This document shows, piece by piece, positions 49,284 through 58,537 of a stretch of 64,000 bases of DNA. Within the stretch, counting starts at the first letter, position 1, and the number at the start of each line of letters is the position of its first letter. The notes below the pieces were generated by a model that was not told the DNA's origin, ran no database searches, and saw only the letters and a program-made list of their open reading frames with translations. Origin of the DNA: a virus; IMG/VR virus record IMGVR_UViG_3300017761_003320, positions 91,202 to 155,201 of that record; one strand, written 5' to 3'. The translations under genes and the position numbers were made by a program.

Positions 49284-50725
49284 CTGAGCTGGTACATATT
49301 CTTAAAATCGATGAATCAACCATGCGCCTACAATGCTCAGGTTCTGTTGCAAGAGAGGTATCAGAAAAATATACCTTCGAAGTACCTGGCGCAAAATTCA
49401 TGCCGTCTTATAGAAGCAAAGTCTGGGACGGTAAAGTTCGTCTATTCAATGCTCGCAATTATACAATGTATGCAGGGCTAGCCCATAGCGTTAGATCATT
49501 TTTAGAAGAATCTGGTTATGATGTATCAGTTGATGATGATCTTATTTCAGAAGATGAAGCATCATTAGTCGAGATTCAAGATTTTATTCATGACCTAAAG
49601 CTGCCAGTAGAGCCTAGAGATTATCAGATACGTGCGCTTGCATTAGCCATTCGTATGCGTCGTGCTGTATTCATATCACCTACGGCCAGCGGTAAATCAA
49701 TGGTCGCATATCTTATATCACAATGGTTTGGCGGCCGCACATTAATTGTGGTACCTACGGTATCTCTGGTTATTCAGATGGTCAAGGATTTTCAAGACTA
49801 CGGATATATCGGTCAGATACATGGCATCAGAGGCGGTCAAGAAAAGAAAGCTGTAGACGGAGTTACAGTATCTACTTGGCAGTCCGTATATGAGATGGGT
49901 GAAGAATTTTTCTCTCAGTTTGATACGATTATCGGTGATGAAGCACATCTTTTTAAGGCTAAGAGTCTTATTACTATAATGACTAAGATGCCTTCAACAA
50001 AATATAGATTTGGTATGACTGGTACCTTAGATGGTTCTGAAGTCAATGAACTTGTTCTAGAAGGTCTATTTGGTAAGATTGAAAGATTGGTCAAGACCAA
50101 AGACTTGATGGATGCGGGCCATGTTGCAGATTTAGCAATCAAGGTATTGGTATTGAAGCATCCCGAACCTTTGTCAAAAGATGCATCTTACCAAGATGAA
50201 ATTGATCGAATAGTATCAAGCGATGCTAGAAACAAATTCATTCGTAATCTAGCTTTGTCGCTCAATGGTAATACTCTAGTGCTATATGCATTGGTTGAAA
50301 AACACGGTGAGATATTAAACCAAATGATATCGGCTAAAGCTGATGAACGAGGCAAGATTGTATCTTTTGTTCATGGTGGCACAGAAGCAGAAGATCGTGA
50401 TGGTATTCGCACATTAGCAGAGTCTGGCGATAACAATATTATCATAGCATCTTATGGTACGTTTAGCACTGGTATTAATATTCGTAATCTACACAATGTA
50501 ATCTTTGCTAGCCCGACTAAGAGTCGAGTGCGTACCTTGCAATCTATCGGCCGAGGCCTTCGCAAAGGTGATACCAAAGACTCTTGCACACTATTTGATG
50601 TAGCCGATGATATGTCAAGCAAAACTAGCAGAAACTATACTTTGAACCACTTGATCGAACGCATCAAGATGTATAATCAAGAAGGGTTTAAGTATGAGAT
50701 GCATACCATAAAACTTAAAGAGTAA
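49280..50725 (+). CDS. uvsW: SF2 DNA helicase
   Basis: FEVPGAKFMP.YR...WDGK.RLF, SPTASGKS, GDEAH, GMTGT, FSTGINI, QSIGRGLR. Confidence 0.95.
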   Translation: MTELVHILKIDESTMRLQCSGSVAREVSEKYTFEVPGAKFMPSYRSKVWDGKVRLFNARNYTMYAGLAHSVRSFLEESGYDVSVDDDLISEDEASLVEIQDFIHDLKLPVEPRDYQIRALALAIRMRRAVFISPTASGKSMVAYLISQWFGGRTLIVVPTVSLVIQMVKDFQDYGYIGQIHGIRGGQEKKAVDGVTVSTWQSVYEMGEEFFSQFDTIIGDEAHLFKAKSLITIMTKMPSTKYRFGMTGTLDGSEVNELVLEGLFGKIERLVKTKDLMDAGHVADLAIKVLVLKHPEPLSKDASYQDEIDRIVSSDARNKFIRNLALSLNGNTLVLYALVEKHGEILNQMISAKADERGKIVSFVHGGTEAEDRDGIRTLAESGDNNIIIASYGTFSTGINIRNLHNVIFASPTKSRVRTLQSIGRGLRKGDTKDSCTLFDVADDMSSKTSRNYTLNHLIERIKMYNQEGFKYEMHTIKLKE

Positions 50726-50775
50726 TATAGTATACCCTGTAAACGGCAAGGCCTATTATACCAGGAGATTATAAA

Positions 50776-51336
50776 ATGTCAAGCAAAAAACATTATGTTA
50801 AGAACGCAGACCTATACGCAGCCATGGTTGAATACCGCAAGGCGGTAACTGAAGCAATAGAGAAGGGTGAACAAAAACCGCGAGTGCCTTTCTATATCGG
50901 CGAGTGTATCATGAAGATTGCGACGCATCTAGCCTTCAAGCCTAACTTCTCAAACTATCCATTTCGTGAGGAAATGATTTCAGACGGCATCGAAAATTGT
51001 CTGCAATATATTGGTAATTTTGACCCAGGTAAGTCTCAGAACCCATTTGCATACTTCACGCAGATAATCTATTTTGCTTTTATTCGACGCATTCAAAAAG
51101 AAAAGAAATATCTTTATACAAAATATGCGGCCATTGAGAGAGCAAATCTTATGGATGAGACGAGCGATGTTCAAGAATCTGACAAGCGGTCTGGGTCTAG
51201 ATTCAATGATGATATTAGCTACGGTGAATGGTCGCAAGAGCAAATGGAAAAATTCATGACCAGCTTTGATGAGAGCAGGCGAAACAGAAAGAAACGTAAG
51301 AAAACCATTGACAAGGTAGAACAAGACGTGATATGA
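50776..51336 (+). CDS. gp55: Late-transcription sigma factor
   Basis: HYVKN, YIGECIMKIATHL..KPNFSNY.FREEMISDGIENC, NPFAYFTQIIYFAFIRRIQKEKK. Confidence 0.96.
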   Translation: MSSKKHYVKNADLYAAMVEYRKAVTEAIEKGEQKPRVPFYIGECIMKIATHLAFKPNFSNYPFREEMISDGIENCLQYIGNFDPGKSQNPFAYFTQIIYFAFIRRIQKEKKYLYTKYAAIERANLMDETSDVQESDKRSGSRFNDDISYGEWSQEQMEKFMTSFDESRRNRKKRKKTIDKVEQDVI

Positions 51337-51337
51337 T
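51308..51337 (+). promoter_or_regulatory. Sigma70-like promoter for gp47 (probably leaderless)
   Basis: TTGACA-N18-TATGAT; ATG 51344 begins 7 nt after the -10 box. Confidence 0.65.
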
Positions 51338-51343
51338 GGCTGT

Positions 51344-52405
51344 ATGAAAGTTGCAATAGTCACAGATACCCATTTTGGCGCTAGAAATGATAGCTCGGAT
51401 TTCCTCGATTATTTTGTGAGGTTTTATGATGAGCTATTTTTTCCTACCCTAGAATCCAGAGGCATTAAAACTATATTACATCTAGGTGATATAGTTGATC
51501 GCCGCAAATTTATATCATATGTCACTTTGAGGCGTATGCGGCAATGCTTTATCGATCGTTTGGTCGATTATGATACTCATATTCTCGTTGGTAATCATGA
51601 TATTCCATATAAGAATACAAATGATATCAATGCAATGCGTGAGTTATTTGCTGGTAATGATAATATAAATCTATACATGGATCCGGCTGAAGTTACTATT
51701 GGCGGATCCGATATGCTATTTCTACCTTGGATCAATCAAGAAAACTATCAAGCTAGTATTGATTTGATCAAGAATACTAAGGCTCAAGTGGCCATGGGTC
51801 ATCTTGAAGTCAAAGGCTTTGACATGTATCGCGGTATGCCTTCACATGAAGGATTTGAGCCTGTCACATTTGATAAATTTGACATGGTATTCTCTGGTCA
51901 CTATCATCACATGTCGCGCAAAGGTAATATTCATTATCTTGGTGCACCCTATGAAATGATTTGGTCTGATTGCGCTGATCCTCGCGGGTTTCATATTTTT
52001 GATACTGAGACACGAGAATTAGAATTTGTGCAAAATCATATGACCATCTTTAAGAAGGTTTGGTATGATGATGAGGGTAAGACGCTAGAAAAGCTTACTG
52101 AGTCTATGCCTGATATGTCAGGTAAACATGTTAAGGTTATTGTTCAAGGTAAAACTAACCCATATTGGTTTGATTTGTTTATGGGTAAGATATACGCGAT
52201 GTCGCCTCTCGATGTCAGCATAGTTGAAGATCATCGTAATATGGATGTGATTAGTGATGATGAATTGTTAAGTGAGGCCGAAGATACTTTAACAATACTG
52301 TCAAAATATATTCAAGCACTTGAGATTGGTGTTGACAAACCTAATCTTGAAAAATTAATGCGTGGACTTTATAATGAGGCTATACTGATGGAGTCATCTG
52401 AATAA
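51344..52405 (+). CDS. gp47: Recombination endonuclease subunit (Mre11/SbcD-like)
   Basis: TDTHFGAR, HLGD..DRRK, GNHD, GHLE..GF, FSGHYH. Confidence 0.95.
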   Translation: MKVAIVTDTHFGARNDSSDFLDYFVRFYDELFFPTLESRGIKTILHLGDIVDRRKFISYVTLRRMRQCFIDRLVDYDTHILVGNHDIPYKNTNDINAMRELFAGNDNINLYMDPAEVTIGGSDMLFLPWINQENYQASIDLIKNTKAQVAMGHLEVKGFDMYRGMPSHEGFEPVTFDKFDMVFSGHYHHMSRKGNIHYLGAPYEMIWSDCADPRGFHIFDTETRELEFVQNHMTIFKKVWYDDEGKTLEKLTESMPDMSGKHVKVIVQGKTNPYWFDLFMGKIYAMSPLDVSIVEDHRNMDVISDDELLSEAEDTLTILSKYIQALEIGVDKPNLEKLMRGLYNEAILMESSE

Positions 52406-52406
52406 T

Positions 52407-54128
52407 ATGGCTATTCATTTCAAAAAGGTTCGGTGGAAGAATTTTCTATCCACTGGAAATGCTTTCACAGAGGTTGAATTAGATCGCAATCAAAATACTT
52501 TGGTTGTCGGTACGAACGGTGCTGGCAAATCGACGATTCTAGATGCTCTGTGCTTTGGTCTATATGGCAAGCCGTTTCGTAAAATTAAGAAAGACCAATT
52601 AGCTAATTCGATCAATGGCCGTGATGTTGAGGTTGAGATTGAATTTAATGTTGCCGGTAGCTCCTATCTGATTCGCAGAGGTATCAAACCAACCGTATTT
52701 GAAATCCATCGCGATGGACAAATGATGGACCAACTTGCTGCATCTCGTGATCAGCAAGAAATGCTAGAGCGCACCATTCTGCGAATGAATATGAAATCAT
52801 TCACACAGATCGTGATTCTAGGTTCATCATCATTCGTGCCTTTCATGCAGCTACCGACATCAACTCGTCGCGAGGTGATTGAAGACCTGCTTGATATCCG
52901 CGTGTTTTCTACCATGTCTTCTCTCCTTAAAGATCGTGTGAGTGCAAACAAAAGCGAATTGGTATTAGCTGACAAAGAAGTTTCTTCAGTCGAAGAAATG
53001 ATTCGCATACAAAAATCTCGCGATGATCATGATGAAAAAATCAAAGCTGATACCATAGAAAAGCTTGAGGATAGCATCAAATTTCTGCAAGATCGAATTG
53101 ATACTCAATCTGGTTCTATCGAAGATTTGATGGCCAAGATAACAAATGAAACCTCTGATATGGTTGATATATCTCTATTGCGTGAGCGCATGACCAAGCT
53201 TAATGAATTGGAAAAGAATCTAGGTCAGAAGCGTAGCAAAGCTTTAAAGATGGTTACATTTTATAGTGAAAATGATAATTGTCCAACATGCTCTCAGATA
53301 ATTAGTGAGGCCCTCAAGACTGAGAAGATCGCAAGTAAGCAATCGACAATTACGGAAGTCGAACAAGCATTAGAAAAATTATCTTCTAATATTGATACCT
53401 TGAGCATTAGTATAAATGATACTAAGCTTAAGGTTGATCGCATCGAAAAACTAAATCGCAGCATAGTCGATATCAATACCGAGATTGCCGCAGATAATCG
53501 CGAGATAAAGACATTACAGCGTCAGATAGCAGATTTACTAAAGCCGCGTATAGTCACCGATCAAGATACACTTGATGATCTAAGGCTTCGACTTAAAGCT
53601 GCTAATGATCGCAAGATTGAACATATGAAGCAGAAGGAGCTTCTTGAAGTTGCAACTGTAATCCTGCGCGATTCTGGTATTAAATCTCGTATCATAAAGC
53701 AATACATTCCAATTATCAATTCGCTAGTGAACAAATATTTGGCCATGATGGATTTCTTTGTCAAATTTGAACTTGATGAATCCTTCGAAGAAAAATTGCT
53801 ATCACGACATAGAGATGACTTTACCTATGACTCTTTTAGCGAAGGTGAGAAAATGCGAATCGACCTTGCTCTATTATTTACTTGGCGCGCAATCGCTAAG
53901 ATGAAAAATAGTGCTAGCACCAATTTGCTTTTGCTTGATGAGGTATTTGATGCATCGCTTGATACAAACGGCTGCGATGATTTTCTGAAGCTACTACAGT
54001 CACTAGATAATACTAATACCTTCATCATATCTCACAAGGGTGAGATTCTGCAAGACAAATTTAAAGACATCATACGCTTTGAGAAGCATAAAAACTTCTC
54101 TCGCATAGCAGGAAATAATTTGCAATGA
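52407..54128 (+). CDS. gp46: Recombination ATPase subunit (Rad50/SbcC-like)
   Basis: WKNFLSTGN, GTNGAGKST, CPTC zinc hook, FSEGEKMRIDLAL, LLDEVFD. Confidence 0.96.
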   Translation: MAIHFKKVRWKNFLSTGNAFTEVELDRNQNTLVVGTNGAGKSTILDALCFGLYGKPFRKIKKDQLANSINGRDVEVEIEFNVAGSSYLIRRGIKPTVFEIHRDGQMMDQLAASRDQQEMLERTILRMNMKSFTQIVILGSSSFVPFMQLPTSTRREVIEDLLDIRVFSTMSSLLKDRVSANKSELVLADKEVSSVEEMIRIQKSRDDHDEKIKADTIEKLEDSIKFLQDRIDTQSGSIEDLMAKITNETSDMVDISLLRERMTKLNELEKNLGQKRSKALKMVTFYSENDNCPTCSQIISEALKTEKIASKQSTITEVEQALEKLSSNIDTLSISINDTKLKVDRIEKLNRSIVDINTEIAADNREIKTLQRQIADLLKPRIVTDQDTLDDLRLRLKAANDRKIEHMKQKELLEVATVILRDSGIKSRIIKQYIPIINSLVNKYLAMMDFFVKFELDESFEEKLLSRHRDDFTYDSFSEGEKMRIDLALLFTWRAIAKMKNSASTNLLLLDEVFDASLDTNGCDDFLKLLQSLDNTNTFIISHKGEILQDKFKDIIRFEKHKNFSRIAGNNLQ

Positions 54129-55126
54129 GACGCGCATTAATTACAGGCATTACTGGACAAGATGGTTCATATCTGGCTGAATTGCTGCTAGAGAAAGGAT
54201 ATGAGGTTCACGGTATCATCCGTCGTTCCTCATCTTTCAATACTGGACGAATTGATCATATCTTTGACAAATTAAAGCTACATTTTGGTGATGTTACTGA
54301 TGGTAGCGCAATGACATCTGTCATCTCGCAAGTGAGGCCGCATGAGATATACAATCTTGCGGCACAGTCTCATGTCAAGGTTAGCTTTGAGATTCCTGAA
54401 TATACTCTTATGACTGATGGGCTAGGTGTGCTAAAGATACTTGAAGCTGTTCGGTCTGCAGGCATACAAGATAATTGTCATATCTATCAAGCTAGCACAT
54501 CAGAAATGTTTGGTTCGACACCTGGGCCACAAGATGAAGATTCTCCGTTTCAACCTTGCAGTCCATATGGATCTGCGAAGCTTTATGCACATTGGCTATG
54601 CGATAACTATCGCAAGTCATATGGTATGCATATTTCATCAGGCATTCTATTCAATCATGAGAGCCCACGCAGAGGAGAGACATTTGTAACTCGTAAGGTT
54701 ACTAAGGCTGCTGCTCGTATCGCAAAAGGTTCTACGGAACCTTTAGTGGTCGGTAATATTCATGCCATTCGTGATTGGGGTCATGCTAAAGATTATGTTG
54801 AAGCCATGTGGCGTATGGTTCAACAAAAAGATCCAGATGACTATGTAATCGCAACTAACCGTTGCTTGTCAGTAAAATACCTGATAGATTTAGCATTTGA
54901 TTATGCAGGTGTCACTCTTGAATGGCATGATAGTAGAAACGGTGAATTTGCTGCGGATGCAAAGACTGGGCATATTTTGGTGATCACCGATCCAAAATAT
55001 AGACGACCTAATGAGGTTGACTTTCTGCAAGGCATACCTACCAAAGCTAAAGATGTGCTTGGTTGGGAACCAACTACGTCTTTTGAAGATTTGATTAAGG
55101 AGATGGTTGAACATGACCTCAAATAA
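54125..55126 (+). CDS. gmd: GDP-mannose 4,6-dehydratase
   Basis: ALITGITGQDGSYLAELLL.KGYEVHG, NLAAQSHV.VSF, QASTSE, SPYGSAK, LFNHESPRRGETFVTRK, RDWGHAKDY. Confidence 0.96.
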   Translation: MRRALITGITGQDGSYLAELLLEKGYEVHGIIRRSSSFNTGRIDHIFDKLKLHFGDVTDGSAMTSVISQVRPHEIYNLAAQSHVKVSFEIPEYTLMTDGLGVLKILEAVRSAGIQDNCHIYQASTSEMFGSTPGPQDEDSPFQPCSPYGSAKLYAHWLCDNYRKSYGMHISSGILFNHESPRRGETFVTRKVTKAAARIAKGSTEPLVVGNIHAIRDWGHAKDYVEAMWRMVQQKDPDDYVIATNRCLSVKYLIDLAFDYAGVTLEWHDSRNGEFAADAKTGHILVITDPKYRRPNEVDFLQGIPTKAKDVLGWEPTTSFEDLIKEMVEHDLK

Positions 55127-56036
55127 TATTATTGTCTTTGGTGGTACAGGTATGCTTGGTCGCGCCGTTGTTGAACGTCTGCGACGTGATGGTGAGCGAG
55201 TATATGCTTTAGGTAGCTCCGATTGTGATCTTACAATATTAGATGATATCTCAATGGCTATTGCTGAAATAAAACCTAAAGCAATATATCATTGTGCGGG
55301 TCATGTTGGTGGGATTCTCAATAATCGCGATAATCAATTAACATTTCTTATCAGAAATACACAAATGGGATTGAACGTAGTCGATGTTGCTACCAAATAT
55401 AAAATTCCAAAGTTAGTATTTGCTGGTTCATCTTGCATCTATCCACGCAATTGTCCACAGCCAATGACTGAGCTTATGATTGGATCTGGTCCACTTGAGC
55501 AGACAAATAGAGGTTATGCAGTCGCAAAACTTACAACACTTGAAGCCGTTAATTTTGCTAGAGAAAAAGGCTTCAATTATATGACAGTCATGCCCTGCAA
55601 TTTGTATGGCCCTGGTGATAATTTTGCTGAAGGCGGACATGTGCTATCTGCTTTGGTTCGTAAAGTATGTGATGCTCGTCATAATAAAAGCGAAACTGTT
55701 GAGGTCTGGGGAACGGGATCCCCACGCAGGGAATTTCTGCATACGAGCGATGCTGCTGACGGTATCGTGACTGCATCTGAAAAGCTTAATGATGCAGTAG
55801 TTAATATAGGCAGTGGTGAAGATTTGTCGATAGCAGAGTTGGTTTTACTTGTGGCTGAGGTAGTCGGTTGGAATGGTGTATTGAAATTTGATACATCTAA
55901 GCCTGATGGTACACCAAAGAAGCTACTAGATATAAGCAAGCTAAAATCTGTAGGCTGGTCTCCTAAGATCGATCTACCTTATGGTATTGAAATGTTAGCG
56001 AAGGAATATGTGGATGCAACTTTTAAAACCCAATGA
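55113..56036 (+). CDS. fcl: GDP-L-fucose synthase
   Basis: GGTGMLG, AGHVGGI..N, GSSCIYP, LE.TN.GYAVAK, PCNLYGPGDNF, HV..AL, WGTGSPRREFLH, KPDGTPKK. Confidence 0.92.
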   Translation: MTSNNIIVFGGTGMLGRAVVERLRRDGERVYALGSSDCDLTILDDISMAIAEIKPKAIYHCAGHVGGILNNRDNQLTFLIRNTQMGLNVVDVATKYKIPKLVFAGSSCIYPRNCPQPMTELMIGSGPLEQTNRGYAVAKLTTLEAVNFAREKGFNYMTVMPCNLYGPGDNFAEGGHVLSALVRKVCDARHNKSETVEVWGTGSPRREFLHTSDAADGIVTASEKLNDAVVNIGSGEDLSIAELVLLVAEVVGWNGVLKFDTSKPDGTPKKLLDISKLKSVGWSPKIDLPYGIEMLAKEYVDATFKTQ

Positions 56037-56541
56037 CCCTCTGCTTAGGCAGAAAAGCGAGGAGTTTGATTTCTCATCTCCACAGATAGATCCCATGCAA
56101 CTGCATGAAATGCTTCGTGATAAGATATGCGAACTAAAGACATTGGGATTATCTGCGCCACAACTAGGTATCATGGTTCGTGTATTTGCATTTGGTAATC
56201 CAGATGATCCAAATAGCATCATGTCGGTATTCAATCCGAGAATTGTTAATTATGGTTCAGAACTTGATGTCTATGAAGAACAATGTTCCACCTTTCCTGG
56301 TCTATTCTTGAAAGTTAAAAGACCAACTACTATCAGAATGCGTTATTCTAATCAAGAAGGTAATACTGAGACTCATAATTTTCAGGGTATCACAGCCAGA
56401 GTCGCATTACATGAAATCGATCATCTAGATGGCATTCTATTCACAGAGCGGGCAAATAGATATCATCTTGATCAGGCCAAACGCAGAAAGCTAAAACTTG
56501 ATAGGGTGAGAAAAGCGAATGATCGACAAGCTGCTCTGTGA
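56008..56541 (+). CDS. def: Peptide deformylase
   Basis: GLSAPQLG, EEQCSTFPG (variant of EGCLS), ARVALHEIDHLDG. Confidence 0.88.
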   Translation: MWMQLLKPNDPLLRQKSEEFDFSSPQIDPMQLHEMLRDKICELKTLGLSAPQLGIMVRVFAFGNPDDPNSIMSVFNPRIVNYGSELDVYEEQCSTFPGLFLKVKRPTTIRMRYSNQEGNTETHNFQGITARVALHEIDHLDGILFTERANRYHLDQAKRRKLKLDRVRKANDRQAAL

Positions 56542-57349
56542 TGAGCTTACTAGATCCTCTTCTGATACTGAGTGCGCTATTCTCCTCTCTGGTGGGGTCG
56601 ATAGTTTATCAGTGGCTTTTGCGGCGCAAAGATTAGGTAAGAAGATTCATGCTTATACCTTTCGATTAACTGGACAGACCAGTTATGATTCTGACAAGGC
56701 CATTGAAGTATGTGATATCATGGACTGGAATTGTCATGTCATAGAAGTACCTGTTGGTAGATTAGAAGAAGATTTTAAATATCTTGCTAACACTATTAAG
56801 TGTGTAAAAAAGACACACTTTGAATGTTGTTTTCCGTTTATTCATGTATACCCTTACATAAAACAGCGTGAAGTTTTAAGTGGCTGGGCAGCTGATGGTT
56901 ATTATGGCATCAGCAAGAAAGCTGTATTGCATTATTCGCAGACTAAAGAAAAGCTTGATGAATTTCGTGATCAGTATTTTTCTGATGATGCTAGAGCTGG
57001 ATATAACTGGCATAAGCGCATAGCAGATATTCATGGTAAGAAACTTATAACACCTTATCTATGTCAAGAGGTCAAAGATTTCTTTTATACCATGGATTGG
57101 AATCAACTAAACAAACCTTACCAGAAGCATCATGTGGTCGAAGCTTTCCGTAAAGAGTTTGATGCTATTGGTAAATTTAAAAAGCATATCAACTTACAAC
57201 TTGGTAGTAATATTGATGTGCTGTTTGAGACTCTACTATATAATAGCAGAATTAATTTTAAGGAACGCAGTAGAGTCATGGATATGTGTAGGGATTGGGC
57301 ACAGCTACAAAAAGATACTGGACCTAGCTTAGATCAATTTCTAACTTAG
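56519..57349 (+). CDS. Asparagine-synthetase-like ATP-dependent amide ligase (synthetase domain only)
   Basis: PP-loop LLSGGVDS, VLSGWAADGYYG, ITPYL; no N-terminal Ntn glutaminase domain. Confidence 0.75.
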   Translation: MIDKLLCDELTRSSSDTECAILLSGGVDSLSVAFAAQRLGKKIHAYTFRLTGQTSYDSDKAIEVCDIMDWNCHVIEVPVGRLEEDFKYLANTIKCVKKTHFECCFPFIHVYPYIKQREVLSGWAADGYYGISKKAVLHYSQTKEKLDEFRDQYFSDDARAGYNWHKRIADIHGKKLITPYLCQEVKDFFYTMDWNQLNKPYQKHHVVEAFRKEFDAIGKFKKHINLQLGSNIDVLFETLLYNSRINFKERSRVMDMCRDWAQLQKDTGPSLDQFLT

Positions 57350-57352
57350 CCA

Positions 57353-57381
57353 TTGACATCTAGATCAATATGGAGTATTAT
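57353..57381 (+). promoter_or_regulatory. Sigma70-like promoter for the first MTase (probably leaderless)
   Basis: TTGACA-N17-TATTAT; ATG at 57389. Confidence 0.7.
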
Positions 57382-57388
57382 ATCTGTT

Positions 57389-58537
57389 ATGACAAAGTAT
57401 CAGCCGTATACCGTTCAAGATGTTAAAGACAGCTCAGCCCGCGAGCTGTTCACCGTAGTCAGCACATTTGCTGGCGGCGGTGGTTCTAGCACAGGCTATC
57501 GCCTTGCTGGTGGTAAGGTCATTGCTATCAATGAATTTGTCGAAGAGGCTATCAAAACCTATTCGACAAACTTTCCTGATACCAAAATCGTGCCAGGTGA
57601 TATCAAAACCTTAACTGGTAATGATCTACTAAAGGCAGCTGGGCTAAAGCCTGGTGAACTTGATATTCTGGATGGTTCTCCTCCTTGTTCTGCTTTCTCG
57701 GTAGCAGGCAAGCGTGAGAAAGGCTGGAACAAAGAGAAGTCATACAGCGATGGTATGAAGGTTGAGAATATCGAGGATTTATTCCTTGAATTTATTCGCA
57801 TCGCTGAAGAAATTCAACCCAAAGTTATTATTGCTGAGAATGTCAAAGGCATCACAATGGGAGAGGCCACAAAAAAGCTGAATGAGTTTATCAATGCATT
57901 TAGTAATATTAAGCCTGGTTATCATGTAACTTATGAAGTATTGAGTGCTGCAAATTTTGGTACTCCTCAAGGCCGTGAGCGTACATTCTTTGTATGCATA
58001 CGGCATGATATTGCAGACAAGGTTGGTATTCATATGTTCAACGCCAATCAAACTGTATTTCCGAATCCTATTACACCTGAGCATATTTCAATTAGTCAGG
58101 CCTTTGAAAATCTGGTTAATGATCCAGAAGAAGAAAAGATGCTTGAAGATTATGTGCAAAACTGTTGGCAGAAGAAGTGGGTTGAGATGTTACCTTTCAA
58201 CCCCTCTAAACATACAAAGCCATCAATGCCAGAGTTTCGTGATGTAAATCCTAAAGCATCTTTGTTCAATATGATTCGACCTGCGCCGCATCTACCTAGC
58301 CCGACTGTAACACAAGCTGGTCAGAAGCGCGGGGTATCTGGTGTGCTTCACTATGCGAAACATCGTAAATTAACTGTTATGGAATTAAAGCGAGTAATGG
58401 GTTTGCCTGATGATTATCAGCTTACTGGTTCATTCGATCAGCAGGCCGAGCGTATTGGGCGTATGGTTGCGCCAAAGATGATGTGCGCTTTAGCATCTAA
58501 TATCTATGAGAATGTGCTAAAGCCCTACAAGTCATGA
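57389..58537 (+). CDS. C5-cytosine DNA methyltransferase-fold enzyme, putative carboxymethyltransferase (paralog 1)
   Basis: FAGGGG, GSPPCSAFS, ENVKG, QGRER; motif X reads ERIGRMV instead of the usual GN(S/A)V. Confidence 0.85.
   Translation: MTKYQPYTVQDVKDSSARELFTVVSTFAGGGGSSTGYRLAGGKVIAINEFVEEAIKTYSTNFPDTKIVPGDIKTLTGNDLLKAAGLKPGELDILDGSPPCSAFSVAGKREKGWNKEKSYSDGMKVENIEDLFLEFIRIAEEIQPKVIIAENVKGITMGEATKKLNEFINAFSNIKPGYHVTYEVLSAANFGTPQGRERTFFVCIRHDIADKVGIHMFNANQTVFPNPITPEHISISQAFENLVNDPEEEKMLEDYVQNCWQKKWVEMLPFNPSKHTKPSMPEFRDVNPKASLFNMIRPAPHLPSPTVTQAGQKRGVSGVLHYAKHRKLTVMELKRVMGLPDDYQLTGSFDQQAERIGRMVAPKMMCALASNIYENVLKPYKS

Noticed and set aside
31540-54128. Introns, inteins, homing endonucleases or stop-codon recoding in core genes
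   Set aside because: gp17, gp18, gp20, gp23, uvsW, gp46 and gp47 are continuous and of ordinary length in the standard code.
57353-57388. TTG start giving a 394-aa MTase
   Set aside because: That TTG is the -35 box; the paralog aligns from ATG 57389.
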